A DNA stretch of 64,000 nucleotides from Eledone cirrhosa (GCA_964016885.1 OZ024761.1:17050001-17114000), one strand, 5' to 3'; shown: positions 1 through 13,400, counted from the stretch's first letter. Program-made: numbers and translations. The notes: a model not told the origin generated them from the sequence alone.

Positions 1-996
1 TTTTGTTTAATTGCCGATAAATTTGAAATATATTTGTTAGGTTTCTTAGAACTACAAATCTTTCTTATGACACTTACTACGGAATAAATTCTTAGCTGGA
101 TACTTTACTTTGAATCAGATGTAGCAAAAACTTGTGAAGACTGACATGAGTTATGTTGAATATAAGTGTAGACGTCAAATATTTTTGTTTATTCAATCTA
201 AAGGGAAGGCAAAAGAATTATAAGTCAAGTGCAAAATTAACGTTTAAAGGCATAAGAAAGGTATCTCGCTTTCTCTCCTGTAAAATAAATAGGCTGTTTT
301 TAGACCAGGAGGATGGGAGGATTGACTCAGTCAGATTTAAATGCACACATGACGGTAAATACGACAGTCCTACAACAACAGTTAAGTGTCTATGACAACC
401 ATGCATTTAAGAGACTGAAAACCTTACTAATTTGTTTTTATTTTGGTACTTGAAAACAAAATTTAAAAACAAATTATATATTTAATTTCCTGTAAGTCAA
501 ATACAATGTATTTAAATGAATCTACAGATGGAGTTGCAATATCTGCCAGGACTTTGGAAATAGGGAAATATATAATTTTTAAAATTAAAACTACTTTTCA
601 AAGGAATAATAAAGATATATATACACACACACACAGACATCTCTAGTGGAGATATTTCTGAGATTGGAAACCCTATCGATGTATGTATTTTGTCACTGAA
701 AAGTTATCAAAAAATTATTATTATATATACATGTTTGTGTTTTTGACGTAAGTAAAACGAATCTATATACGAGGTTTTCGATACCTGCCAGAGCTTATGA
801 AATAGTAAAAGAATATTTTTATTTTTCAATTATGTCAAACATCGTATGTGGTTCTTTATTAAAGAAATGCTAAAATAGATTTAAATATATGAAATTTGCA
901 CAGTAGAATTACGGCCGCTTGGCGGGCGTCTGGTAAAGTGGTGGTAGTGTAGGTTCGAGCGGAGGGGAAACTAAAAAGGTGGCTCAGAGATGATCG

Positions 997-1097
997 TGGC
1001 CCCGGGTAGCTCAGAAGATAGAGACCAATCTCTTAAATTAAAACAATAAAAATGTTTTAAACATAAGATAAAGTAGAAGATCGAAACCCTATCTCCA
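997..1097 (+). pseudogene. tRNA-like relic (tRNA-Lys(CTT)-like 5' half) in each array unit
   Basis: gccccgggTAGCTCAGaagaTAGAGaccaatCTCTTAA resembles the tRNA-Lys 5' half (GCCCGGCTAGCTCAGTCGGTAGAGC...CTCTTAA). A T-loop-like GATCGAAACC follows after an AT-rich gap. There is no acceptor-stem pairing. Confidence 0.3.
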
Positions 1098-1258
1098 AAT
1101 CTATACACACTCAATTGATGCATAGATACACCACAACTACCCACACGACCACCTACAGACCAACAATTACGGAGTGAAAATAAACACATTTAAAGCTATT
1201 TTATTGTTAGACTAAAAATAAGTTTATATATGTAAATATTCAAAAGAAAATCACTTAA

Positions 1259-1329
1259 GTCTTTATAGTCTAGTGGTAAGACATAAGACTGGGGAATGCC
1301 GTGTTTGGATTTCGAATCAACTTAAAACA
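1259..1329 (+). pseudogene. Degenerate tRNA-like sequence followed by a T-run, in each array unit
   Basis: A-box TAGTCTAGTGG with a D-stem GTCT/AGAC, T-loop-like TTCGAATC, 5/7 acceptor pairs (GTCTTTA/TTAAAAC) and a T8 run at ~1334-1341. Copies 4-6 read gtagcactggggaatgccg, giving a partial anticodon stem. Confidence 0.45.
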
Positions 1330-2871
1330 TTAATTTTTTTTATCCTCACACTGTAAGGAATTTGTTTGATTTGAACACGTAGTCATACCATTTAAAGCTT
1401 TATTTTTCTCTTTCTAGTGGTAACACAGTCAGCATATAAATAAACGTGATTCACTTCAACACGTTGCCATACCATTTAAAACTTTATTTGGAGATGAGAC
1501 AAAGACACATAAATACACCAAGTAGTAAACCCTTGATTTAACTTACTATGAAGATGAAGAATGTCTTAATATCAAAGTGACGTTAAATTTAGGGGCCACT
1601 TTCATTGTTTTTAATTTACAGAAACTCCTTAATATAACACAATATACAAGATATATATATCAGAAGGAATATTTTTTATTTTCTTGTTCCGTCAAACCTT
1701 GCGTTTATTCTACACACACACACACGTCGAAACACTTGCTTGAGGTGGCTTTCTTAGACATAATGAAAAGTGTTGGCTTTGTGGAGATTGATAGAACTTT
1801 GGGTGATGTTACGAGGAGGGGCAAGGCTATGGAGAGTGTCTTAGTGGAAGAGATGATATCAGAGCAGTAACCTCCAAAGAGATGAAATTAGTGACTGAGA
1901 TGCTATCATTGCATAGTTAAGAATATATATAACAAACATATACTATAAATTTAACAAGTCAAACTACAGTTATACTCTAACACGGAAGACAAATAAAACT
2001 TTACCTCTATCATGCACGTCGTATCCAGTGTGTTGTTATAAGAAAACCGGTGAAACACTAAATATGCCACCAGTGTAGCGATTTTATACTCTCTCTGCTT
2101 CATCGTACCACCCAGTAACATGAAACTGTGTTCAAATCCCTGGGTGGTAGAATTACGTCGCTTTAAAATAAACACACTGGGGTCAGTTTGAATATTGATT
2201 TCATGTGAAAAATATAAACATATTATGATTGTACTCCGAACTATCAATATTGAAACAATTCTAATGCGCCAATAAAATTTATATATATATACAGCAACAG
2301 TGTTTTCGATCTTTCTTACTTTTTTTATTCACATTCTACAGTCACTTTAACTCTGTAATAAAAGCCAACACGAGACGAACGTTAACTGCAGTTACCCACG
2401 AAATTAACGCACACACAAATGAATATACTACGAAAATGTATTTAAAATAAAAAAATAAATACTTAAATTCAATGTATGTATAATTACACATACAATATGT
2501 TTTGTTGTAAAACCCTAAATAATCATTTAAGAAATGATGTCAATCTTTGTACAGAGATAAACATTAATTTATGTATATGCATTGTGTGTGCGTATATACT
2601 CCATTTAAGACAGCGAAAAAACCAGTACCTCCTTCGAAGAATGCCAAATAGCTTATGCCTCAGGGATACCGGTGTAACACTAATTAAGTTACCGGTGTAG
2701 ATATTTCAGTTGAACCCTGCTTCAACAAACTACCCGGTAATTTGAAATCGAGTTTAGAGTGAGGGGTGTAAAACAGAATTCTGTTTGGAAAATAGTAAAT
2801 TCTAAACCTGCTAGAATTAGCAGCCAAATGTCGTACTTTGGGTACGAGGTGCGACTCGTCTTACCTCTTCT

Positions 2872-3203
2872 AATATATATATATAAATATATATGTGTGT
2901 GTGTGTATATATATATATATGCGTATGTAGGTTCACGGGTCGCGCCGGGGAGAAACCACAATAAATACAATGTACTCAATAGATTGGCACAGTATATATA
3001 TATATGTGTGGGTGTGTGTGTACATATAAATATGTGTGTTTGTGTGTGTATATATATATATATGTGTATAAATGCATATATACATATAAATACTTATATA
3101 TATACATAAACATATGTATACATACACACATATATAGATATATATGTGTGTATATATATATATATCTGTGTGTCTATTTCTATATATATATATAAATATA
3201 TAT
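2872..3203. repeat. Compound (TA)n/(TG)n microsatellite in the array unit
   Basis: Direct reading; length varies between copies. Confidence 0.95.
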
Positions 3204-3213
3204 AATTATTACT

Positions 3214-3256
3214 TAGGTTCTAAGGAATATCCCGCGAATGTCGGGGTTTACTGTAT
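3214..3256 (-). mobile_element. pogo/Tigger-like TIR fragment
   Basis: Minus strand reads TA-CAGTAAACCCCGACATTCGCGGGATATTCC, the TA|CAGT..CCCC..ATTCGCGG pattern typical of Tigger ends. Confidence 0.5.
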
Positions 3257-3288
3257 ATATATATATATATGTATGTATATACATATTT

Positions 3289-3668
3289 ATTACTTTCACT
3301 GTTATTTCTAGCATGAAAAAGAAAAACCGGAAGAGGAGAAAATTGAAAAACATCTTCTTTTTCCCCCCTTTAACTTTTCAAACAAAAGAGAATTTTATGT
3401 AAACAAAAACGAAATTTTTGCCAAGAAAGATAACTCTTCTCTGACTTAAATCCAAAATTGGGATACAAAAAGAATTCAGCAATTTTTTGTATCCCAATTT
3501 TGGATTTAAGTCAGAGAAGAGTTATCTTTCTTGGCAAAAATTTCGTTTTTGTTTACATAAAATTCTCTTTTGTTTGAAAAGTTAAAGGGGGGAAAAAGAA
3601 GATGTTTTTCAATTTTCTCCCCTTCCGGTTTTTTCTAGTGTATACTAGAAATAGCAGTCAAAGCAATA
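3289..3668. repeat. Long inverted repeat (hairpin): ~150-bp near-perfect core arms, loop ~4-12 nt, in all 8 copies
   Basis: 3322-3471 is the reverse complement of 3484-3633 with one mismatch, and the outer arms are imperfect. Other copies start at ~9530, 15789, 22090, 28333, 34563, 40842 and 47055. Confidence 0.97.
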
Positions 3669-3829
3669 TATATATGCCTTTTGTGACAATATATATTGTT
3701 TTAACGCTAGATTATTAACAACAATATATTGTATTTGTTGGCCTATTGGACGCAGAAGACGCTCACTCGATTTTTATTATATTTTACGTTGTATTTTGAG
3801 GTTTATAGGCTTTTCTATGGACCACCTAC

Positions 3830-3902
3830 AATATTCGCGATTTTTCTCTATTCTCGGGTTCTCTAGGACTGTAAACCCCACGAATGCCGGGGGGTAACTG
3901 TA
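3830..3902 (-). mobile_element. pogo/Tigger-like terminal fragment
   Basis: Minus strand reads TA-CAGTTACCCCCCGGCATTCGTGGGGTTTACAGTCCTAGAGAACCCGAGAATAGAGAAAAATCGCGAATA, a Tigger-type end with the repeated CGCGAATA-like subterminal motif. Confidence 0.55.
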
Positions 3903-3944
3903 TATGAATATATCGACTAATAAAATACAGTATAATTGTACGAG

Positions 3945-4136
3945 TATGCATATACATAGCAATGTATATACATATTTACACATATATGTACATATATATA
4001 TATATAGACACACATGTATATATATATATATATAGACACACATGTATATATATATTTATATATATATGCATGTATGTATGTATGTATATATGTATACATA
4101 TATATACATATATATATATGCATGTATGTATATATG

Positions 4137-4172
<36 letters not shown>

Positions 4173-4260
4173 TATATACATAGACATGTGTGTGTGTGTA
4201 TGTACATTCTTAGGTATATACATATATATTTATACACACATACATACAAATATATATATT
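3945..4260. repeat. Compound (TA)n/(TATG)n/(CA)n microsatellite in the array unit
   Basis: Direct reading; source of the spurious YIYI ORFs. Confidence 0.95.
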
Positions 4261-4821
4261 TCTATGAGTCCCGGTTTATTACACATTGGAGACAGAGTGA
4301 GAGATTTAGCTTTCATTTTTAGCAGATTTAGAAACTTTGCAAACGCTTTATTTTTTCTTATTGCCGGTACTCTGAACACGATTTGAAATGACTGGAGTGA
4401 GTTTATAAAAGGGTAAACTGAAATAGTTGCACCGGTAATATATTTAGTGTTACACCGGTATTTTTGAAACAATCTCTTTCGCATTCGTCTGCAAGCGGTA
4501 ACGTTTTCTATGCCGTCTCTGGTAGTGTAGAACTGTAGGTTGACTTGCTTGGGTTTTACAAATGTTTGTCAACATGCATATTATTATTATTATTATTATA
4601 TACTTTCAAACACACTTACATATATTATATTTATAAACATATAGGATTTTACTAAGTTTTTATTCTTTCTAATGTGAAGAGATAGAAATAATAAGTTAAA
4701 GCTAAAGTATAATGATATAACAACAGTATATAATAGTTTTCTCCACTTTATTGAGATGCAAACGTTTTAAAGAAAGAACATGACAGTATAAGAAATATTT
4801 AATATCATAACATATAATATT

Positions 4822-4970
4822 TCAGGTAGGATGGTCGTTTCTCTTGTCTTCCACCTCTAGTTGTAGATTCTTCATGTCCTCTCTAGCCATAATTATGTCG
4901 TCGACATATGCATAAGTTTGATTTCTTCTTGAATGAATTGCAAATCTTGAGGTAGCCTTCTTGGTACATT
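4822..4970 (-). pseudogene. Reverse-transcriptase relic (YxDD motif) in array copies 1-7
   Basis: Minus-strand translation reads ...RRNQTYAYVDDIIMAREDMKNLQLEV..., with YVDD at 4897-4908, resembling the LINE RT LAYADDI context. It is short and isolated. Confidence 0.45.
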
Positions 4971-7128
4971 TATTAGCTTTAATTCGTGTTTACACTGCTT
5001 GTAATAATTCGTACGTTTTTTACTTTAGATGAAACATATATATAAAAACGTCTGTGGCTTTAGTATACCTTTAAGTTTGATTTCAATAGAAAAATACTTA
5101 CTGAACATGTGTAACACAATTATAACTGGAGCTACTAAGTTCCTAGCCACTAGAAAATCTATTTGATAGAAGTTATTTCTTAGTTCTATGCACTGTCAAT
5201 ATCCCTTCTACTTTTTATATGCTTGTGTTTGTTAAAGAAACATTCTCTGATTTAGAAACCACGATCTTCTCGCACCACCGTTGTAGTAATTCTTGTTAAA
5301 TGTTTTGTCTGGTCTATTGTCAATAAGTGGCCTTGTTTTCTGATTATTAATAAAGTTAAGTGGTCTACTGAATTGTCTTCATTATTGCCTATTTATAAGT
5401 TTTGTTTAACTGCCGATAACTTTAAAATGTATTTCTTAGGTTGCTTAGGCCTACAAACCTTATATCAGTGTCCCTTCTTTTGACACTTTCTACGAGTGAA
5501 TCCTTAAATTGACATTTTATTTTGGGTTGTACTGCCTTATCCCACCTATAACAGCTTGAAGCAGATATAGTAAAAACAGGTCCTTGACTGTGGAGACTAA
5601 TATGAGTTATGTTGAATATACTTGTTGAGGTTTATTCAATCTAAGAGAAGAAAAAGGAATTATAAGTAAAGTGCAAAATAAATCGGCTGCTTTTAAACCT
5701 AGAGGAGGGGAGGATTGACTTAGTCAGGTTTAAATGCCCACATGACGGTAATTACGGCACCCCTACAACAACAGTTAAGTGTCTAGAACCACCACGCATT
5801 TATGAGACTAAAAACCTTGCTAGTGTATTTTTATTTTGGTACAAAAGTTTTTAAATTCAAGTCCAATATAATGTATTTAAACGAATCTATAGATAGGATT
5901 TCAATACCTGCCAGAGCTTATGAAATAGTAAAACAAATTTTTTTTTTCAATTATGTCAAATACCAAAAGTTGTTCTTTATTAAAGAAATGCTAAAATAGA
6001 TTTAGTTAGTATGACTCTGAACTGTGTTCAGAAACGGTAATGTTATGTTTTGCTGAGAGCCTGTCTGTCTTACAGTATGTTTACACACAATACATACATG
6101 CATATACATAAATTAATTGTTTATTAGCTATATTCATCTGTTTACACTCCTCGTAATAATTCGAGCGGTTTTGTTTTTGTTTTTTCTTCAGGAGAGACGT
6201 AGATAGAAAAACGTTTGTGGCTTTAGTATTGCTTATTTTTAAGTTTTGTTTAATTGCCGATAAATTTGAAATATATTTGTTAGGTTTCTTAGAACTACAA
6301 ATCTTTCTTATGACACTTACTACGGAATAAATTCTTAGCTGGATACTTTACTTTGAATCAGATGTAGCAAAAACTTGTGAAGACTGACATGAGTTATGTT
6401 GAATATAAGTGTAGACGTCAAATATTTTTGTTTATTCAATCTAAAGGGAAGGCAAAAGAATTATAAGTCAAGTGCAAAATTAACGTTTAAAGGCATAAGA
6501 AAGGTATCTCGCTTTCTCTCCTGTAAAATAAATAGGCTGTTTTTAGACCAGGAGGATGGGAGGATTGACTCAGTCAGATTTAAATGCACACATGACGGTA
6601 AATACGACAGTCCTACAACAACAGTTAAGTGTCTATAACAACCATGCATTTAAGAGACTGAAAACCTTACTAATTTGTTTTTATTTTGGTACTTGAAAAC
6701 AAAATTTAAAAACAAATTATATATTTAATTTCCTGTAAGTCAAATACAATGTATTTAAATGAATCTACAGATGGAGTTGCAATATCTGCCAGGACTTTGG
6801 AAATAGGGAAATATATAATTTTTTAAATTAAAACTACTTTTCAAAGGAATAATAAAGATATATATACACACACACACACAGACATCTCTAGTGGAGATAT
6901 TTCTGAGATTGGAAACCCTATCGATGTATGTATTTTGTCACTGAAAAGTTATCAAAAAATTATTATTATATATACATGTTTGTGTTTTTGACGTAAGTAA
7001 AACGAATCTATATACGAGGTTTTCGATACCTGCCAGAGCTTATGAAATAGTAAAAGAATATTTTTATTTTTCAATTATGTCAAACATCGTATGTGGTTCT
7101 TTATTAAAGAAATGCTAAAATAGATTTA
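4970..7128. repeat. Ancient diverged tandem duplication within the unit (sub-repeat A 4970-6004, sub-repeat B 6121-7128)
   Basis: Colinear blocks such as tgtggctttagtat, tgccgataa, ggaggattgact.agtcag, cctacaacaacagttaagtgtcta and ctgccagagcttatgaaatagtaaaa...gctaaaatagattta appear in both. Confidence 0.9.
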
Positions 7129-10100
7129 AATATATGAAATTTGCACAGTAGAATTACGGCCGCTTGGCGGGCGTCTGGTAAAGTGGTGGTAGTGTAGGTT
7201 CGAGCGGAGGGGAAACGAAAAAGGTGGCTCAGAGATGATTGTGGCCCCGGGTAGCTCAGAAGATAGAGACCAATCTCTTAAATTAAAACAATAAAAATGT
7301 TTTAAACATAAGATAAAGTAGAAGATCGAAACCCTATCTCCAAATCTATACACACTCAATTGATGCATAGATACACCACAACTACCCACACGACCACCTA
7401 CAGACCAACAATTACGGAGTGAAAATAAACACATTTAAAGCTATTTTATTGTTAGACTAAAAATAAGTTTATATATGTAAATATTCAAAAGAAAATCACT
7501 TAAGTCTTTATAGTCTAGTGGTAAGACATAAGACTGGGGAATGCCGTGTTTGGATTTCGAATCAACTTAAAACATTAATTTTTTTTATCCTCACACTGTA
7601 ATGAATTTGTTTGATTTGAACACGTAGTCATACCATTTAAAGCTTTATTTTTCTCTTTCTAGTGGTAACACAGTCAGCATATAAATAAACGTGATTCACT
7701 TCAACACGTTGCCATACCATTTAAAACTTTATTTGGAGATGAGACAAAGACACATAAATACACCAAGTAGTAAACCCTTGATTTAACTTACTATGAAGAT
7801 GAAGAATGTCTTAATATCAAAGTGACGTTAAATTTAGGGGCCACTTTCATTGTTTTTAATTTACAGAAACTCCTTAATATAACACAATATACAAGATATA
7901 TATATCAGAAGGAATATTTTTTATTTTCTTGTTCCGTCAAACCTTGCGTTTATTCTACACACACACACGTCGAAACACTTGCTTGAGGTGGCTTTCTTAG
8001 ACATAATGAAAAGTGTTGGCTTTGTGGAGATTGATACAACTTTGGGTGATGTTACGAGGAGGGGCAAGGCTATGGAGAGTGTCTTAGTGGAAGAGATGAT
8101 ATCAGAGCAGTAACCTCCAAAGAGATGAAATTAGTGACTGAGATGCTATCATTGCATAGTTAAGAATATATATAACAAACATATACTATAAATTTAACAA
8201 GTCAAACTACAGTTATACTCTAACACGGAAGACAAATAAAACTTTACCTCTATCATGCACGTCGTATCCAGTGTGTTGTTATAAGAAAACCGGTGAAACA
8301 CTAAATATGCCACCAGTGTAGCGATTTTATACTCTCTCTGCTTCATCGTACCACCCAGTAACATGAAACTGTGTTCAAATCCCTGGGTGGTAGAATTACG
8401 TCGCTTTAAAATAAACACACTGGGGTCAGTTTGAATATTGATTTCATGTGAAAAATATAAACATATTATGATTGTACTCCGAACTATCAATATTGAAACA
8501 ATTCTAATGCGCCAATAAAATTTATATATATATACAGCAACACTGTTTTCGATCTTTCTTACTTTTTTTATTCACATTCTACAGTCACTTTAACTCTGTA
8601 ATAAAAGCCAACACGAGACGAACGTTAACTGCAGTTACCCACGAAATTAACGCACACACAAATGAATATACTACGAAAATGTATTTAAAATAAAAAAATA
8701 AATACTTAAATTCAATGTATGTATAATTACACATACAATATGTTTTGTTGTAAAACCCTAAATAATCATTTAAGAAATGATGTCAATCTTTGTACAGAGA
8801 TAAACATTAATTTATGTATATGCATTGTGTGTGCGTATATACTCCATTTAAGACAGCGAAAAAACCAGTACCTCCTTCGAAGAATGCCAAATAGCTTATG
8901 CCTCAGGGATACCGGTGTAACACTAATTAAGTTACCGGTGTAGATATTTCAGTTGAACCCTGCTTCAACAAACTACCCGGTAATTTGAAATCGAGTTTAG
9001 AGTGAGGGGTGTAAAACAGAATTCTGTTTGGAAAATAGTAAATTCTAAACCTGCTAGAATTAGCAGCCAAATGTCGTACTTTGGGTACGAGGTGCGACTC
9101 GTCTTACCTCTTCTAATATATATATATAAATATATATGTGTGTGTGTATATATATATATATGCGTATGTAGGTTCACGGGTCGCGCCGGGGAGAAACCAC
9201 AATAAATACAATGTACTCAATAGATTGGCACAGTATATATATATATGTGTGGGTGTGTGTGTACATATAAATATGTGTGTTTGTGTGTGTATATATATAT
9301 ATATGTGTATAAATGCATATATACATATAAATACTTATATATATACATAAACATATGTATACATACACACATATATAGATATATATGTGTGTATATATAT
9401 ATATATCTGTGTGTCTATTTCTATATATATATATAAATATATATAATTATTACTTAGGTTCTAAGGAATATCCCGCGAATGTCGGGTTTTACTGTATATA
9501 TATATATATATGTATGTATATACATATTTATTACTTTCACTGTTATTTCTAGCATGAAAAAGAAAAACCGGAAGAGGAGAAAATTGAAAAACATCTTCTT
9601 TTTCCCCCCTTTAACTTTTCAAACAAAAGAGAATTTTATGTAAACAAAAACGAAATTTTTGCCAAGAAAGATAACTCTTCTCTGACTTAAATCCAAAATT
9701 GGGATACAAAAAGAATTCAGCAATTTTTTGTATCCCAATTTTGGATTTAAGTCAGAGAAGAGTTATCTTTCTTGGCAAAAATTTCGTTTTTGTTTACATA
9801 AAATTCTCTTTTGTTTGAAAAGTTAAAGGGGGGAAAAAGAAGATGTTTTTCAATTTTCTCCCCTTCCGGTTTTTTCTAGTGTATACTAGAAATAGCAGTC
9901 AAAGCAATATATATATGCCTTTTGTGACAATATATATTGTTTTAACGCTAGATTATTAACAACAATATATTGTATTTGTTGGCCTATTGGACGCAGAAGA
10001 CGCTCACTCGATTTTTATTATATTTTACGTTGTATTTTGAGGTTTATAGGCTTTTCTATGGACCACCTACAATATTCGCGATTTTTCTCTATTCTCGGGT

Positions 10101-10377
10101 TCTCTAGGACTGTAAACCCCACGAATGCCGGGGGGTAACTGTATATGAATATATCGACTAATAAAATACAGTATAATTGTACGAGTATGCATATACATAG
10201 CAATGTATATACATATTTACACATATATGTACATATATATATATATAGACACACATGTATATATATATATATATAGACACACATGTATATATATATTTAT
10301 ATATATATGCATGTATGTATGTATGTATATATGTATACATATATATACATATATATATATGCATGTATGTATATATG

Positions 10378-10413
<36 letters not shown>

Positions 10414-13400
10414 TATATACATAGACATGTGTGTGTGTGTATGTACATTCTTAGGTATATACATATATATTTATACACACATACATACAAATATATATAT
10501 TTCTATGAGTCCCGGTTTATTACACATTGGAGACAGAGTGAGAGATTTAGCTTTCATTTTTAGCAGATTTAGAAACTTTGCAAACGCTTTATTTTTTCTT
10601 ATTGCCGGTACTCTGAACACGATTTGAAATGACTGGAGTGAGTTTATAAAAGGGTAAACTGAAATAGTTGCACCGGTAATATATTTAGTGTTACACCGGT
10701 ATTTTTGAAACAATCTCTTTCGCATTCGTCTGCAAGCGGTAACGTTTTCTATGCCGTCTCTGGTAGTGTAGAACTGTAGGTTGACTTGCTTGGGTTTTAC
10801 AAATGTTTGTCAACATGCATATTATTATTATTATTATTATTATATACTTTCAAACACACTTACATATATTATATTTATAAACATATAGGATTTTACTAAG
10901 TTTTTATTCTTTCTAATGTGAAGAGATAGAAATAATAAGTTAAAGCTAAAGTATAATGATATAACAACAGTATATAATAGTTTTCTCCACTTTATTGAGA
11001 TGCAAACGTTTTAAAGAAAGAACATGACAGTATAAGAAATATTTAATATCATAACATATAATATTTCAGGTAGGATGGTCGTTTCTCTTGTCTTCCACCT
11101 CTAGTTGTAGATTCTTCATGTCCTCTCTAGCCATAATTATGTCGTCGACATATGCATAAGTTTGATTTCTTCTTGAATGAATTGCAAATCTTGAGGTAGC
11201 CTTCTTGGTACATTTATTAGCTTTAATTCGTGTTTACACTGCTTGTAATAATTCGTACGTTTTTTACTTTAGATGAAACATATATATAAAAACGTCTGTG
11301 GCTTTAGTATACCTTTAAGTTTGATTTCAATAGAAAAATACTTACTGAACATGTGTAACACAATTATAACTGGAGCTACTAAGTTCCTAGCCACTAGAAA
11401 ATCTATTTGATAGAAGTTATTTCTTAGTTCTATGCACTGTCAATATCCCTTCTACTTTTTATATGCTTGTGTTTGTTAAAGAAACATTCTCTGATTTAGA
11501 AACCACGATCTTCTCGCACCACCGTTGTAGTAATTCTTGTTAAATGTTTTGTCTGGTCTATTGTCAATAAGTGGCCTTGTTTTCTGATTATTAATAAAGT
11601 TAAGTGGTCTACTGAATTGTCTTCATTATTGCCTATTTATAAGTTTTGTTTAACTGCCGATAACTTTAAAATGTATTTCTTAGGTTGCTTAGGCCTACAA
11701 ACCTTATATCAGTGTCCCTTCTTTTGACACTTTCTACGAGTGAATCCTTAAATTGACATTTTATTTTGGGTTGTACTGCCTTATCCCACCTATAACAGCT
11801 TGAAGCAGATATAGTAAAAACAGGTCCTTGACTGTGGAGACTAATATGAGTTATGTTGAATATACTTGTTGAGGTTTATTCAATCTAAGAGAAGAAAAAG
11901 GAATTATAAGTAAAGTGCAAAATAAATCGGCTGCTTTTAAACCTAGAGGAGGGGAGGATTGACTTAGTCAGGTTTAAATGCCCACATGACGGTAATTACG
12001 GCACCCCTACAACAACAGTTAAGTGTCTAGAACCACCACGCATTTATGAGACTAAAAACCTTGCTAGTGTATTTTTATTTTGGTACAAAAGTTTTTAAAT
12101 TCAAGTCCAATATAATGTATTTAAACGAATCTATAGATAGGATTTCAATACCTGCCAGAGCTTATGAAATAGTAAAACAAATTTTTTTTTTCAATTATGT
12201 CAAATACCAAAAGTTGTTCTTTATTAAAGAAATGCTAAAATAGATTTAGTTAGTATGACTCTGAACTGTGTTCAGAAACGGTAATGTTATGTTTTGCTGA
12301 GAGCCTGTCTGTCTTACAGTATGTTTACACACAATACATACATGCATATACATAAATTAATTGTTTATTAGCTATATTCATCTGTTTACACTCCTCGTAA
12401 TAATTCGAGCGGTTTTGTTTTTGTTTTTTCTTCAGGAGAGACGTAGATAGAAAAACGTTTGTGGCTTTAGTATTGCTTATTTTTAAGTTTTGTTTAATTG
12501 CCGATAAATTTGAAATATATTTGTTAGGTTTCTTAGAACTACAAATCTTTCTTATGACACTTACTACGGAATAAATTCTTAGCTGGATACTTTACTTTGA
12601 ATCAGATGTAGCAAAAACTTGTGAAGACTGACATGAGTTATGTTGAATATAAGTGTAGACGTCAAATATTTTTGTTTATTCAATCTAAAGGGAAGGCAAA
12701 AGAATTATAAGTCAAGTGCAAAATTAACGTTTAAAGGCATAAGAAAGGTATCTCGCTTTCTCTCCTGTAAAATAAATAGGCTGTTTTTAGACCAGGAGGA
12801 TGGGAGGATTGACTCAGTCAGATTTAAATGCACACATGACGGTAAATACGACAGTCCTACAACAACAGTTAAGTGTCTATAACAACCATGCATTTAAGAG
12901 ACTGAAAACCTTACTAATTTGTTTTTATTTTGGTACTTGAAAACAAAATTTAAAAACAAATTATATATTTAATTTCCTGTAAGTCAAATACAATGTATTT
13001 AAATGAATCTACAGATGGAGTTGCAATATCTGCCAGGACTTTGGAAATAGGGAAATATATAATTTTTTAAATTAAAACTACTTTTCAAAGGAATAATAAA
13101 GATATATATACACACACACACACAGACATCTCTAGTGGAGATATTTCTGAGATTGGAAACCCTATCGATGTATGTATTTTGTCACTGAAAAGTTATCAAA
13201 AAATTATTATTATATATACATGTTTGTGTTTTTGACGTAAGTAAAACGAATCTATATACGAGGTTTTCGATACCTGCCAGAGCTTATGAAATAGTAAAAG
13301 AATATTTTTATTTTTCAATTATGTCAAACATCGTATGTGGTTCTTTATTAAAGAAATGCTAAAATAGATTTAAATATATGAAATTTGCACAGTAGAATTA

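Larger units (their letters stand above)
2597..4527. mobile_element. Non-autonomous DNA-transposon-like element with ~165-bp diverged terminal inverted repeats (CACTA/CMC-like end), one per unit
   Basis: 2597-2760 is a diverged reverse complement of 4369-4527 (core ataccggtgtaacacta..ttaccggtg..atatttcagtt..accct). The right end reads CACTA on the minus strand, and TA flanks both ends. The superfamily assignment is tentative. Confidence 0.55.

Noticed and set aside
153-395. 80-aa ORF conserved across array copies
   Set aside because: Conservation simply reflects DNA identity. It is frameshifted in copy 5, broken in the paralogous sub-repeat and has no recognisable domain.
1460-1485. gccataccatttaaaac resembling the 5' end of 5S rRNA
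   Set aside because: The match is ~10 nt; there is no internal control region or remainder of 5S.
1577-1870. 97-99 aa ORF in copies 1, 7 and 8
   Set aside because: It opens or closes with the length of a (CA)n run, starts at GTG in two copies and shows no recognisable homology or clear splice context.
1951-2247. 98-aa minus-strand ORF present in all copies
   Set aside because: Non-ATG start, no motif, and copies are too similar for its persistence to indicate selection.
3228-3256. GC hairpins at ~3231 and ~3875 as Helitron 3' ends (rolling-circle origin of the array)
   Set aside because: No CTRR terminus follows; they fit TA|CAGT Tigger-type TIRs better.
2722-4484. Many overlapping YIYI/CVCV-rich ORFs (also in the other copies and at 48259-49799)
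   Set aside because: Translations of TA/TG microsatellites, which lack stop codons; no protein-like content.
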